Positions 26,962 through 36,822 of a DNA stretch of 48,513 nt are shown piece after piece (within the stretch, counting starts at the first letter, position 1; the number at the start of each line of letters is the position of its first letter). The translations under genes were made by a program, and so were the position numbers. Source of the stretch: Burkholderiales bacterium (GTDB lineage Bacteria > Pseudomonadota > Gammaproteobacteria > Burkholderiales > SG8-39); contig CAXNIK010000001.1 of NCBI GenBank assembly GCA_964202115.1, positions 1 through 48,513 on the forward strand, read 5' to 3'. Below the pieces are notes generated by a model. The model saw only the letters and a list, made by a program, of their open reading frames with translations, made no database searches and was not told the DNA's origin.

Positions 26962-27363
26962 ATGGATCAGGGCAGCGACGAGCAGAGGGCGCGGCAGCGC
27001 GTGGACAAGTGGCTATGGGTCGCGCGCTTCTACAAGACCCGCAGTCTCGCCACCCAGGCGGTCGAGGCCGGCCGGGCGCGCGTCAACGGCGAGCGCGTGA
27101 AACCCTCGCGCGATGTGAAGCCCGGGGACGAGGTGCTGGTGCGCTTGGGCGAGCTGGAGTGGAAGGTGGAAGTGCGCGCCATGGCGGTACGCCGCGGCCC
27201 CGCAGCCGAGGCGGCGCTGCTCTACGTCGAGGGTGAAGAAAGCCGTGTTCGCCGCGAGACCATGATTGCCATGCGCAAATCCGGACCGCAGCCAGTCACC
27301 CACGAAGGCCGGCCGACCAAGCGCGACCGGCGCCTGCTGGAGCGGTACAAGCGCGAGGATTAG
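26962..27363 (+). CDS. hslR: Heat-shock protein 15 (ribosome-associated S4-domain RNA-binding protein)
   Basis: Track ORF 26896..27363, with an ATG at 26962. VDKWLWVARFYKTRSLATQAVEAGRARVNGERVKPSRDVKPGD...AAEAALLYVE...RPTKRDRRLLERYK is collinear with E. coli HslR. Confidence 0.85.
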   Translation: MDQGSDEQRARQRVDKWLWVARFYKTRSLATQAVEAGRARVNGERVKPSRDVKPGDEVLVRLGELEWKVEVRAMAVRRGPAAEAALLYVEGEESRVRRETMIAMRKSGPQPVTHEGRPTKRDRRLLERYKRED

Positions 27364-27389
27364 CCGCGCCAATGCCTGCGCCAGGTCAT

Positions 27390-27533
27390 GGCAGCCCCTT
27401 TGTAGGGGATATGCACCAGATCAATCCCTACCATCGCTTTCAGCTTCTCTACGCAAAGATGGCCGATGCTTCCGATCCCAGAAGAAGCATAGTCAATCGC
27501 CCCGGGTTTGGATTTCGCCATCGCGGCGAGTTC
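27390..27533 (-). pseudogene. Internal Bug-family fragment (48 codons)
   Basis: Hand translation gives ELAAMAKSKPGAIDYASSGIGSIGHLCVEKLKAMVGIDLVHIPYKGAA. About 35 of 48 residues are identical to the equivalent segment of the adjacent intact Bug gene (ELIAMAKSKPGAINFASSGMGTAGHLGIEMLKSMAGIDLVHVPYKGAG). It has no N- or C-terminal parts. Confidence 0.65.
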
Positions 27534-27575
27534 ATGCGTTACTAAGTCTTGCTAATGCCTCGACTTAATGGAGTT

Positions 27576-28565
27576 TTATTCTTCGGCCTTGATACCGGCC
27601 TTTTTGATGACTTCGCTCCAACGAGCAATTTCAGCCTGAACAAACTTCAGTGTTTCTTCAGGATTCAGGCCGGCGGGCTGTGCGGCACCCATGTTAAGAA
27701 GCTGTGAGCTGATATCGGGTGATTTGACCGTTCTGAGGGTGGCTGTGTAGAGCCTGTCCACTACAGCCCTAGATAGGTTCGCAGGACCCACCACTGCGTA
27801 CCAAGAGGTCGAATAGAACCCAGGAAGTCCCTGCTCGGCGACCGTTGGTACGCCCTGCGCAACATTGGTGCGCGTGGCTCCGGTAATGCCAAGCGCGCGT
27901 ACAGCACCGGCTCTCACCTGCGGCATGGCGGCTAGCAAGCTCGTGCATATAACGGGAACTTTGCCGCTAATCACATCGGTCATAGCCTGACCCGCGCCCT
28001 TATAAGGAACATGGACAAGATCGATGCCGGCCATGGATTTGAGCATCTCGATACCCAAATGTCCGGCAGTACCCATGCCCGAGGAAGCAAAATTGATTGC
28101 GCCAGGTTTGGACTTGGCCATAGCGATCAGTTCTTGGATCGTGCGGACGCCCAAGTTGGGGTGCGCAACGATGATCGTTGGAGCCTCCGCCACCAAACTG
28201 ATCGTGGAAAAGTCCTTGATCGTGTCGTAGGGCAGGTTCTTAACCAGGGCGGGATTGATGGCGTGCGTTGCGCTCGCCAAAAGCAAGTTGTAGCCATCCG
28301 GAGCTGACTTAGCCACGAACTGCGATGCAATGAGCTGGTTCCCTCCCCCGCGATTGTCCACGAGGATTGGCTTGCCTAACTCGTCGCTTAGTTTTGGGCT
28401 GAGAATTCTGCCGATAATGTCTCCTGCTCCCCCGGGTGGAAACGGAATGACGAGCCGTATGGGGCGGTCGGGGAAGGTCTCGGCAGCCAGAGCACCCTGC
28501 CCGGTCACCGCGAGTGAAGTACCGAATAAAAACGCCATCGCCAGATTAATCATGTTTCGTTTCAT
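27576..28565 (-). CDS. Bug/TctC-family periplasmic solute-binding protein
   Basis: Track ORF 27576..28643. I prefer the ATG at 28565 (MKRNMINLAMAFLFGTSLAVTGQGALAAETFPDRPIRLVIPFPPGGAGD), after GGAGGGAAC. Confidence 0.88.
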   Translation of the reverse strand: MKRNMINLAMAFLFGTSLAVTGQGALAAETFPDRPIRLVIPFPPGGAGDIIGRILSPKLSDELGKPILVDNRGGGNQLIASQFVAKSAPDGYNLLLASATHAINPALVKNLPYDTIKDFSTISLVAEAPTIIVAHPNLGVRTIQELIAMAKSKPGAINFASSGMGTAGHLGIEMLKSMAGIDLVHVPYKGAGQAMTDVISGKVPVICTSLLAAMPQVRAGAVRALGITGATRTNVAQGVPTVAEQGLPGFYSTSWYAVVGPANLSRAVVDRLYTATLRTVKSPDISSQLLNMGAAQPAGLNPEETLKFVQAEIARWSEVIKKAGIKAEE

Positions 28566-28705
28566 GTTCCCTCCTAAATTACCGGGTGGATGCAACAAAT
28601 TGACACAACGAAAAACCATCGCATCCCTGCGTTCTTCCGACACAAAGGCCGAGCTCCTTAATTCACCGACCAGTTCTGCATCACCTTGTTGACGCTAGAT
28701 TTGCT

Positions 28706-30454
28706 TTATCTTGCCAGTAGCAGTTTTGAGCGAAGCTGGTCGGTCTTCTTGCTATCGACAGCCTTTTCCTTTTCATCAATAACCACGCCGTATGCATTCC
28801 GAATGTGCTCGGCCGTCTCCAGTCCATTGATTAAATCCCTTAAACACAGTTTAGGATCTCTTTCCAATGGATCGCCCCATCCACCCCCTCCTGCCAGCGT
28901 AGTTCTCACTACATCGCCAGCATTGAGTTGGGTCACCCCCTTTGGGTTCATGGGCTTTGCTTCGTGGTCATCCGGATTGAGGATAATCGAAGCAAGACTA
29001 CCGGATCCACCCCCGGCCACTCCCCATGGCGCATTGCCCAGGCGAGGAATGCGAGGGCGAACAAAGCCATCATTTCCAAGCCATACATAGTCCCGGCGGA
29101 CTGCGCTGCCCCCTCGGAATTGCCCAGCTCCCCCGGTATTCGGGATCAACTCGTGATTCTCAATACGGATTGGGAAATGCGCCTCCAATATCTCCACGAA
29201 CTCAATGGACGCCCCGTTCGGTCCGCCTGCCTGTGCCCCATCCGATGCGTCCTTTCGCATCCGGGCGCCCATGGCGCCGGGGCCAACTCGGTCGAACATG
29301 AAGGATTCCCGTCCCTTGCTGTCTTTACCGCCAATTCGAACAAGCGCAGAACCCCCGTGCCCAGCCGCCATCATCTTGTCTGGCAGGCACTGCACCATCG
29401 CCCCCTGTAGGGCCGTGATGATGTAACCCAGGAGCACACCTCGTTCGGAAGTTCCGCCAGGGGGTTTGGGATTCACGACGGTGCCTTCGGGGGCATAAAC
29501 CGTCACGGTTCTTAGGAGCCCACCATTCATGGGGATGTGGCCATCCAGGCACGTGCGCACGATCTGCACCGGAAAGCGGAGCAATTCGTGATAGGCCATA
29601 TTGTAGGAAGCAGGAACCTGAGGCGCTGTTCCGGTGAAGTCAGCATGCACACTGTCTTCTTTAACCGTGACCTTCACATGAATCTTGAGGGGTTTACCGG
29701 TCACCATGTCATCGTCCATGTAATCGGTGAATTCCCAGGAGCCCTTGGGCCACTCCCGGATCTGGGCTCGAGCTAGATCCTCGGTGTAATCGAGCAATTC
29801 GGCGAAGATGTTCAAGAGGTTCTCCGCCCCGTACTCGGAAATAAGCCTTCTTATGCCTTGCTCGCCCACCTTCATGGCGCCGATCTTGGCGTTTAAGTCT
29901 GATAGGAGGATATCGGGATAGCGGATGTTCAGACTTAGCAAATCAAAAAAGGCCCGATTCAGTTTCCCTTCCTCATAAGCCTTGACCGGGGGTATGCGAA
30001 AGCCGTCCTGAAAGATGTCCACGTTGTCGAACGCCATGCTTCCTGGGACACGTCCGCCCACGTCAACGTGATGAGCCTTGGTGTAGATCCAGCAAAACAG
30101 AGAATTGTTCACAAAAATGGGCTTCACCATCTGGATGTCGGACAGATGGCTTCCTCCGCTATAAGGATCGTTGACCGCGAAAATGTCACCCGGTCGAATA
30201 TCGGCTGTGTCATAGCTGCGTCTGACCGCGCCAATGAAGGTTCGCGGAGAGGACAGAAAGCCAGGTGCCGTCACGCAGTTAGACAGAACTTCTCCTGTCT
30301 TGTCTGCAAATCCTGCGGCGAAGTCTTGTGCTTCCCGAATCAACGGAGAAGCACAGGTTCTACCAATCGTAAACCCCATCTCATCAGACAGCGACTGAAG
30401 ACTGTTGTTGACCAATTCCAGGGAGATGGGATCAATATTTCGAGTTCCGCGCAT
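28706..30454 (-). CDS. hyuB: Hydantoinase B/oxoprolinase family protein
   Basis: Track ORF 28706..30517. I prefer the ATG at 30454 (MRGTRNIDPISLELVNNSLQSLSDEMG), 9 nt after the hyuA stop and preceded by AAGGA. The DPISLEL...L.SI.DEMG start is typical of HyuB. Confidence 0.85.
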   Translation of the reverse strand: MRGTRNIDPISLELVNNSLQSLSDEMGFTIGRTCASPLIREAQDFAAGFADKTGEVLSNCVTAPGFLSSPRTFIGAVRRSYDTADIRPGDIFAVNDPYSGGSHLSDIQMVKPIFVNNSLFCWIYTKAHHVDVGGRVPGSMAFDNVDIFQDGFRIPPVKAYEEGKLNRAFFDLLSLNIRYPDILLSDLNAKIGAMKVGEQGIRRLISEYGAENLLNIFAELLDYTEDLARAQIREWPKGSWEFTDYMDDDMVTGKPLKIHVKVTVKEDSVHADFTGTAPQVPASYNMAYHELLRFPVQIVRTCLDGHIPMNGGLLRTVTVYAPEGTVVNPKPPGGTSERGVLLGYIITALQGAMVQCLPDKMMAAGHGGSALVRIGGKDSKGRESFMFDRVGPGAMGARMRKDASDGAQAGGPNGASIEFVEILEAHFPIRIENHELIPNTGGAGQFRGGSAVRRDYVWLGNDGFVRPRIPRLGNAPWGVAGGGSGSLASIILNPDDHEAKPMNPKGVTQLNAGDVVRTTLAGGGGWGDPLERDPKLCLRDLINGLETAEHIRNAYGVVIDEKEKAVDSKKTDQLRSKLLLAR

Positions 30455-30465
30455 CTGTGCAATCC

Positions 30466-32556
30466 TTAGGAAAGACTGACGACGATGACATCGTCTTTGC
30501 CGAGTCCGACCGCGCAACCTGGCTGCACGACAGTCGAGGAATCGGCTTCTTCAATGATGACGGGCCCCTTCACGGTTCCCGAACGCAAATCCATACGGGA
30601 AAGGATGGGTGTCTCCACAAACCCGACGGAAGGGCCAAAGTAGGCCTGCCGGGATTTTTCCGTGGGGCGCCACTCGATTCCAGTGAGTCCCACACCCAAT
30701 CCTTCGATCTCACGAGATATTCTTGCCACAACGCGCACATTCTGGAGCTGAACCCCAGACCCCTTCGGGGTGTAGTTGTGAATGCGATCGTAGGTCTCCA
30801 AAAAGGCTTTCTCCAAAGCAGGAAGGTCTTCAGAAACTAGAGGCCTCGAAGGCAGTGGCAAAACGATTTCCCCGGAGCGATCATCGAACTTGAACTCAGC
30901 TAACCGCTCGATCGCCAGCTTGTCCATGGGAAAACCATGGTCGCGCAGTTCTCTGGTAACGGTGTCCTCCAGTTCTTCCAGGGTCTTGTTCACACCAGGC
31001 ACATTGAGCTCCGGTAACGATTGAACGACACTACGAATCGCATGATGCTCAATGTTGGCTGTCAACAGGCCATATCCGCTGAACAAGCCCGGGTATCGAG
31101 GAACGAAGACCCGGCGCATTTCCAGGCTTTTCGCCAATCCAATCCCCTGGATCGGGCCCGAGCCTCCAAAAGCAATCATGTCCGCATTGCGCAGATCACG
31201 GCCAAATTCGGTGGATACACGCCGTATTGCCGTCACCATATTTGCATTGGCAATCAGGTGAATGCCATAGGCCGTTTCTTCTACTGATTTTCCGAGCTGG
31301 TCGCCAAGTTCCTTCAGGCTTTTTTCCGCCTTGCTCTTATCAATGGGGAAGGTTCCTCCAGCCAATGCCTTGGGATTCATATACCCCAGCACCACGTTTG
31401 CATCGGTCAAGGTTGGACGGGTGCCGCCTAGGTCATAGCAGGCCGGGCCCGGAGCGGCGCCTGCGCTCTCAGGGCCGATGTGGAGGACGCCGCCGACATC
31501 GATCCATGCAAGGCTTCCACCGCCTGCGCCCACCTCGGCAATGTCGATGGATGGCGTGCGAATCGTATAGCCCACACCGGTATCCAGCCTGCTGCCTGTG
31601 CTCATTGGGGCACCGACCACGAATTTAGATGCCCAACCCAGCTCCCCGTGGTCGATAAAAGTTGCCTTAGTCGTCGTACCACCCATGTCCACCGCAACGG
31701 CATGATCGATTTCCAAGCTTCTAGCGTAGTGACGCGCTGCGACGCAGCCGGCTGCTGGCCCAGATTCGAGGGTTAGAGCGGGTTTCTGCTTAGCGAAGGA
31801 ATGCAGGAAAAGCCCTCCGCTGGATTGGCAGACAAAAAGTGGGCCGTGGATTTTCTTCTCGTCCAGCGACTGGCGCAACTTCGTCAAATACTTATCGAGA
31901 ATGGGAGCTATATAGGCGTTGGCGATCGTCGTACTGGTCCGCTCGAATTCTCCGACCTCCGGAAAGAGCTCTGAGGACAGGGAAATGGGAATGTTTCCCA
32001 GCGACTTTTTCAAGATCTCTCGAACTTTTTCCTCGTGAGAGCCGTTCACATACGAATTGATGAGCGAGATGGCAATAGACTCAACGTTCCATTCCCGCAG
32101 CGTCTTGGCGATTGCCACGACTTCACTCTCATCGAGCGGGCGGACGACTTCACCGTTACTGCTAACACGCTCGCTCACGGCCACCCGGCGTCTGCGCGGC
32201 ACCAGTGCTTCAGGAGGATCCCAGTTGAAATTGAATGGCTCCCCTTGGCGTCCATATCGGAACGTCATGACATCCAGAAATCCCTTTGTCGTGACCAATG
32301 CAGTCGTTGCACCTTTGCGTTCCAGCATGGCATTGGTTCCCAATGTCGTGCCATGCGCCACTTCTCGAATCGACGAAAGGGCGAATCCGCACTCCTTCGC
32401 GATACTCGTCAATCCATTGATGATCGCCAAGCTGTAGTCCGCCGGTGTGGACAAGACTTTTCTGGTGGTTAATCCATGATCAGGGTGCCAGACAACGATA
32501 TCAGTGAATGTTCCACCGATGTCCACACCGACGATCGTGTTAAGTGAAGCAGACAT
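30466..32556 (-). CDS. hyuA: Hydantoinase A/oxoprolinase family protein
   Basis: Track ORF of 696 aa. The N-terminus IVGVDIGGTFTDIVVW and the second ATPase motif AVAVDMGGTTTKA are typical of HyuA. Confidence 0.88.
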   Translation of the reverse strand: MSASLNTIVGVDIGGTFTDIVVWHPDHGLTTRKVLSTPADYSLAIINGLTSIAKECGFALSSIREVAHGTTLGTNAMLERKGATTALVTTKGFLDVMTFRYGRQGEPFNFNWDPPEALVPRRRRVAVSERVSSNGEVVRPLDESEVVAIAKTLREWNVESIAISLINSYVNGSHEEKVREILKKSLGNIPISLSSELFPEVGEFERTSTTIANAYIAPILDKYLTKLRQSLDEKKIHGPLFVCQSSGGLFLHSFAKQKPALTLESGPAAGCVAARHYARSLEIDHAVAVDMGGTTTKATFIDHGELGWASKFVVGAPMSTGSRLDTGVGYTIRTPSIDIAEVGAGGGSLAWIDVGGVLHIGPESAGAAPGPACYDLGGTRPTLTDANVVLGYMNPKALAGGTFPIDKSKAEKSLKELGDQLGKSVEETAYGIHLIANANMVTAIRRVSTEFGRDLRNADMIAFGGSGPIQGIGLAKSLEMRRVFVPRYPGLFSGYGLLTANIEHHAIRSVVQSLPELNVPGVNKTLEELEDTVTRELRDHGFPMDKLAIERLAEFKFDDRSGEIVLPLPSRPLVSEDLPALEKAFLETYDRIHNYTPKGSGVQLQNVRVVARISREIEGLGVGLTGIEWRPTEKSRQAYFGPSVGFVETPILSRMDLRSGTVKGPVIIEEADSSTVVQPGCAVGLGKDDVIVVSLS

Positions 32557-32581
32557 CTTTTTCTTCCTTGAGTTCTAACTC

Positions 32582-33481
32582 CTACTTGGCCGTAGCGGCT
32601 ATCGAGACTTTTCTCTCCAAACCCGTAATCGCATTGGTAATCTGATTTTCCTTGTCTACGTTGCCTGCATTCACCTTGGCTGGCCTTCCCGACTGAATGA
32701 GGTGTTCATAGATTCCGTTCACAGCGCCCAATACCGCCACGATCGTCGATCTGGAATAAATTAGAATTTGATATCCCAAATTCTGGAAATCAGGGACGCC
32801 GGTGGACCTTGACTCCGCCGTCTTGGTGGAAATGAGACCCACCATCGGAATGTCCTTTATCTTGCTGCGGAAGTATTGATAGTCCTCTCGATTGAAGTCA
32901 CCCAGAATCATTAGCGCGTCGACTCCCACTTCCACTGCTGCCATTGCCCGCTTGAGCGCCTCCTCTTTGGTACCGCCCTTGGGCATCCAGGTATCGGCAG
33001 TCGCTCGTGCTCCGTCTGTTCTTCCGATAATCAGAAAGTCCTTGTTCTTACGAGCCTTGACGGCATATTCGAGCCGTTGCTGATACACATCAATGGGAAC
33101 GACATGTTCCAGGCCGCGATGATAGGAAACCCGCTTGGGAAAGAATTGATCTTCAATATGAATGGCGGTAATCCCTGCCATTTCGAAGCTTTCCACGGTG
33201 TGCATGACGTGCACAGGATCTCCAAAGCCTGCGCTCGCATCTAAAATGACAGGCATCTCGTTGTCGCAGGCACGGACGACGGTTCTTCCCACGTGGGAGA
33301 GCAGCGTGACGTCTTCCAGGGGTTCCGGAATTCCATTGGCAATTCCGGTCTGGTTTCCGCCTATGTAAAGGTATTCGAAGCCCATGGCTTGAATCAGGCG
33401 GGCCGTGCTCGGGTCGTAGACACCGGGTGCCACCACCATCCCACCGGCCTCGAGTGTGCGCCTCATTTTAGGGTTTGCCAT
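32582..33481 (-). CDS. Isocitrate lyase/PEP mutase superfamily protein (variant metal-binding motif)
   Basis: Track ORF of 299 aa. PVILDASAGFGDP (DAS instead of DxD), AIHIEDQFFPKRVSYHRG (IEDQ kept, no KRCGH Cys) and FLIIGRTDG. Confidence 0.75.
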   Translation of the reverse strand: MANPKMRRTLEAGGMVVAPGVYDPSTARLIQAMGFEYLYIGGNQTGIANGIPEPLEDVTLLSHVGRTVVRACDNEMPVILDASAGFGDPVHVMHTVESFEMAGITAIHIEDQFFPKRVSYHRGLEHVVPIDVYQQRLEYAVKARKNKDFLIIGRTDGARATADTWMPKGGTKEEALKRAMAAVEVGVDALMILGDFNREDYQYFRSKIKDIPMVGLISTKTAESRSTGVPDFQNLGYQILIYSRSTIVAVLGAVNGIYEHLIQSGRPAKVNAGNVDKENQITNAITGLERKVSIAATAK

Positions 33482-33521
33482 TTTTGTCCTTTAACCGAAG
33501 AGGGTTGAAAAGTTCCACTGC

Positions 33522-34442
33522 TTAGTGCTCTGCAATCGGCTTATTGCCAATTTCGGTTGTTACTGCTTCAACTGCCCATTTTTCTTCCATGCCCACGACC
33601 CTCCACATGATCGAATGGGCTTTTTCATCCTCGCCTTCTGGAACGTCAGGGAGGTAACCCGTATCTTTCACTTTGCGATACACATCGTGGACGGCCAGCA
33701 AGGACGGTTGAATGACGTCCTCGTAGAAAATCAACTGGTAACCCAGGCCCTTGTAGTCATCCAAAGACAGTGGCTGGCCTTTCTGGTCCACGAACCACTG
33801 GGCACCGGAGTTCGTCGTTGTGGCCAAAGGAATGTCCTTGATTTGCGCACGGTAAAACTGCAAATCATCGGCTTGCGGGGACATATTGCTTAGGAAAAGA
33901 GCGTCCGCGCCGGCCGCACGCACGGCATTTGCGCGTTTGACAGTCTCGACTCTGGAAGCGGCTGGATCATTCGCGGAGCTGGCGTCGAGGCGAGCAATGA
34001 TCAAGAAATCCTTGTTCATTCGCGCTTTGACCGCTTGTCCGATTCGCTGTTTGAACTGGTCAATAGATACAGCCTTACGCTGCGTTGCTGCCCGGGCGGG
34101 CTGGTCCGTATCCCCCAAGTGGATTGCCGATACGCCCGCTCCTTCGAGTTGCCTGACTGTCAATTGGACATGATCGGAATTTCCAAATCCAGACAAGGCA
34201 TCCACAATCACAGGGGCTTCGTAGCGTATGGACTCAAGGACACGATCGGCGACGGTGACTGTCTGCGTCAGGTTAGTCATCGCCTCATCTTGACCGAGCA
34301 TGATTCCGGTGCCTTTTCCCGGTATATACAACGCCTTAAACCCAAAATGATGCGCCAAACGGGCGGTGGGGGGATTCCATACGGTCGGGGCAAAGAACAC
34401 TTCGCCTTTGGCAAGCATTTGTCGTAATTCAGGGTTGGGCAT
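33522..34442 (-). CDS. Isocitrate lyase/PEP mutase superfamily protein with degenerate active-site motifs
   Basis: Track ORF of 306 aa. PVIVDALSGFGNS (DAL) and AIHLGDTDQPARAA in place of IEDQ..KR, with FLIIARLDA retained. A strong GGAGGAAC RBS precedes it. Confidence 0.7.
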   Translation of the reverse strand: MPNPELRQMLAKGEVFFAPTVWNPPTARLAHHFGFKALYIPGKGTGIMLGQDEAMTNLTQTVTVADRVLESIRYEAPVIVDALSGFGNSDHVQLTVRQLEGAGVSAIHLGDTDQPARAATQRKAVSIDQFKQRIGQAVKARMNKDFLIIARLDASSANDPAASRVETVKRANAVRAAGADALFLSNMSPQADDLQFYRAQIKDIPLATTTNSGAQWFVDQKGQPLSLDDYKGLGYQLIFYEDVIQPSLLAVHDVYRKVKDTGYLPDVPEGEDEKAHSIMWRVVGMEEKWAVEAVTTEIGNKPIAEH

Positions 34443-34500
34443 TGTTCCTCCTACTCATGACTTCACCAATGAAAAAATAGCGCGCTCGACGCCGTGATGC

Positions 34501-35529
34501 CTACTGCAAATTGGTTTGTCCCAGATCGCGCAGCACCGTTCGCCAGCGCCCATCCGGATCGTCGGGCGGAATGTGCATATACAGCGAGGCCCGATCCAGC
34601 AGCCCGTCGCAGTGCGCGCGAATCGCAGCGCCCAGGCGTTCCGGCGGCGCGACCACGGCAAATTCGGCGAGCATCTCGTCGGTAATTTTTGCGGCGATCC
34701 GGTCCCATTCGCCGCGTCGTACCATCAGCTTCAATTCGTCCGCGACGCCGCCCCAGCCGTGGGCGTCCATGACGCCACGGTACCCCGGCGTTGAGGCGTA
34801 GTAGGCGATGCGGTCCTTGGCCTGATGCTCGGACTGTTCCATTTCAGCCCGGGTGTGGCCGGTGACGCAGAACAGGGCAGCGGTGTATTGGAATCCCTCG
34901 GGCTTCTTTCCGGCGCGGCGGCGCCCTTCTTCAACGGCCGGGCGCACCACTTCGCGCAGGTAGCGGCGCGAATGAAAGGAGTGAACCTGAAGCCCGTCGG
35001 CTACTTCGCCGGCGGTGCGGCACATGATCGGATTGACCGCCGCGAGCAGAATCGGAATCTCCGGATGGTCTATCGGTCCCGGATTGTTCGTCGGTGTCAG
35101 CAGCGTGAATTGATAATGCTGACCCTTGAACGCCGCCGGGGCGTTGGTCTGGAAACTCGTCCAGATGGCGCGTATGCACTGTATGAGTTCCTTGACGCGC
35201 GGCGCTGGCGGCGTCCATGGCACCGAGAAGCGTCGTTCATTGTGCGCGCGAACCTGGGTTCCAAGACCCAGCGTGAAGCGCCCATTGCTCGCTTTTTGCA
35301 GGTCCCAGGCGGTCAGCGCGGTCACCATGGGCGAGCGCACGAAGGCAATCGCAATGGCGGTTCCCAGTCCGACGCGATGCGTGGTGGTGGCGGCAATGGC
35401 GAGCGGCAGAAACGGGCAGCGACCCGTTTCGCTGCTCCACATTGCGCTGTAGCCCATGTCTTCATAAGCCCTGGCGGCCGTGGCGATGGTGCGCAGGTCG
35501 CGTACGCGCAGGCTGACGTCGAATTGCAT
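34501..35529 (-). CDS. Luciferase-like monooxygenase (LLM) class oxidoreductase, resembling the F420-dependent TIGR03617-type subgroup
   Basis: Track ORF 34501..35625. I prefer the ATG at 35529 (MQFDVSLRVRDLRTIATAARAYEDMGYSAMWSSE), after GGAGAG. The subgroup assignment is from memory of typical sequences, not a search. Confidence 0.7.
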   Translation of the reverse strand: MQFDVSLRVRDLRTIATAARAYEDMGYSAMWSSETGRCPFLPLAIAATTTHRVGLGTAIAIAFVRSPMVTALTAWDLQKASNGRFTLGLGTQVRAHNERRFSVPWTPPAPRVKELIQCIRAIWTSFQTNAPAAFKGQHYQFTLLTPTNNPGPIDHPEIPILLAAVNPIMCRTAGEVADGLQVHSFHSRRYLREVVRPAVEEGRRRAGKKPEGFQYTAALFCVTGHTRAEMEQSEHQAKDRIAYYASTPGYRGVMDAHGWGGVADELKLMVRRGEWDRIAAKITDEMLAEFAVVAPPERLGAAIRAHCDGLLDRASLYMHIPPDDPDGRWRTVLRDLGQTNLQ

Positions 35530-35671
35530 CGATCTCTCCGGCGTTTGGAAATTATTAAATGGGATGAAAAAACCGAACAACACTTCCACCGACTCAGCGG
35601 CGCGCACTTCAGCCGCGTTGCGCATGGCGAAGGCGGTGAACCAGCCGCACGGGCACCTCCAGGACGCATCT

Positions 35672-36634
35672 TCATTCCGCCCGAATGCCGATATCCCTGA
35701 TTAATTTTCCCATCGTTGTCATATCCGCCTTGATTGCTGCAGCGAACTCCTCCGGCGTGCTTCCTACCGTGTCGATCCCGATCCTGGAAAACCTTTCCCG
35801 TGCATCGGACGTATTCAGAATTCGCACTATCTCCTGGTTCAGTCGGGTGACAATGGAAGCAGGCGTCTTTGCCGGTGCGAACACACCGTAAAACGAACTG
35901 GCGCTGTAACCAGGCAAATCTGCCGATGCGCTCGGCACTCCCGGATAGAGAGCAGACATCTCCCCACCAGTCACGGCTATTGCTCTCAATCTGCCTGACC
36001 TGGCATGCGGCGCCACGGCCGTGGCGGGCGCGAATATCACTTTCACGTCTCCCGATAACACTCCATTGATTGCCTGTGCTGATCCTTTATAAGGGATGCG
36101 CCGCAAATCAACGCCAGCCATTACCTTGAACAATTCTGTCGCCAGATGGGATCCAGACCCTGCGTTTGCCGATGCATAATCGATTTCGCCCGGCTTTTGC
36201 TTTGCCAGCGTGATCAACTCCCTGACTGATTTGACAGGCAAGGATGGGTGCACAACGATAAGGTTGTAGGCCTTGTGTGTCAGGGAAACTGGAGCGAAAT
36301 CTCTTACAGGATCATAAGTGGCCTTCTCGGTCAGGAATGGCCAGAGCCACATTACGCTGGCTCCAACATGCAGCGTATGTCCATCAGGCGCGGCCTTGGC
36401 GACATGGTCCGCCGCAATCCCCGTGCCGGGACGGTTTTCAACTACGACTTGTTGTCCCACACTTTGCGGTAGCGCCTGCGCAATGACACGAGAGATGAGA
36501 TCGGTACCCCCCCCAGCCTCCAAGGTCACGATACGAATGACTTTACTGGGGTAGCTTTGCCCATGGGCCAGGCTGGAGATGAAGAACAATAAATGGAACA
36601 AGAACCACAAGACACTTGATTGGCGCACAGGCAT
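35672..36634 (-). CDS. Bug/TctC-family periplasmic solute-binding protein
   Basis: Track ORF 35672..36706. I prefer the ATG at 36634 (MPVRQSSVLWFLFHLLFFISSLAHGQSYPSKVIRIV), after AAGGAGC. Confidence 0.88.
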   Translation of the reverse strand: MPVRQSSVLWFLFHLLFFISSLAHGQSYPSKVIRIVTLEAGGGTDLISRVIAQALPQSVGQQVVVENRPGTGIAADHVAKAAPDGHTLHVGASVMWLWPFLTEKATYDPVRDFAPVSLTHKAYNLIVVHPSLPVKSVRELITLAKQKPGEIDYASANAGSGSHLATELFKVMAGVDLRRIPYKGSAQAINGVLSGDVKVIFAPATAVAPHARSGRLRAIAVTGGEMSALYPGVPSASADLPGYSASSFYGVFAPAKTPASIVTRLNQEIVRILNTSDARERFSRIGIDTVGSTPEEFAAAIKADMTTMGKLIRDIGIRAE

Positions 36635-36822
36635 ATCGATGCTCCTTGAGTCTTGGATAAGCGCACATAAGGGTGGTGAAAGCAGCTTGCGTCTTAGGGT
36701 CTGCAAACGTGCAGGATCATCCCCATACGATCGGTTCAGTTCCCTCTTACTGTGTTAAAAAAACAAACTATTATGAGTTCATCTTCAACCAACCTGTCAA
36801 GGCGAAGATGGACACGACGTGA

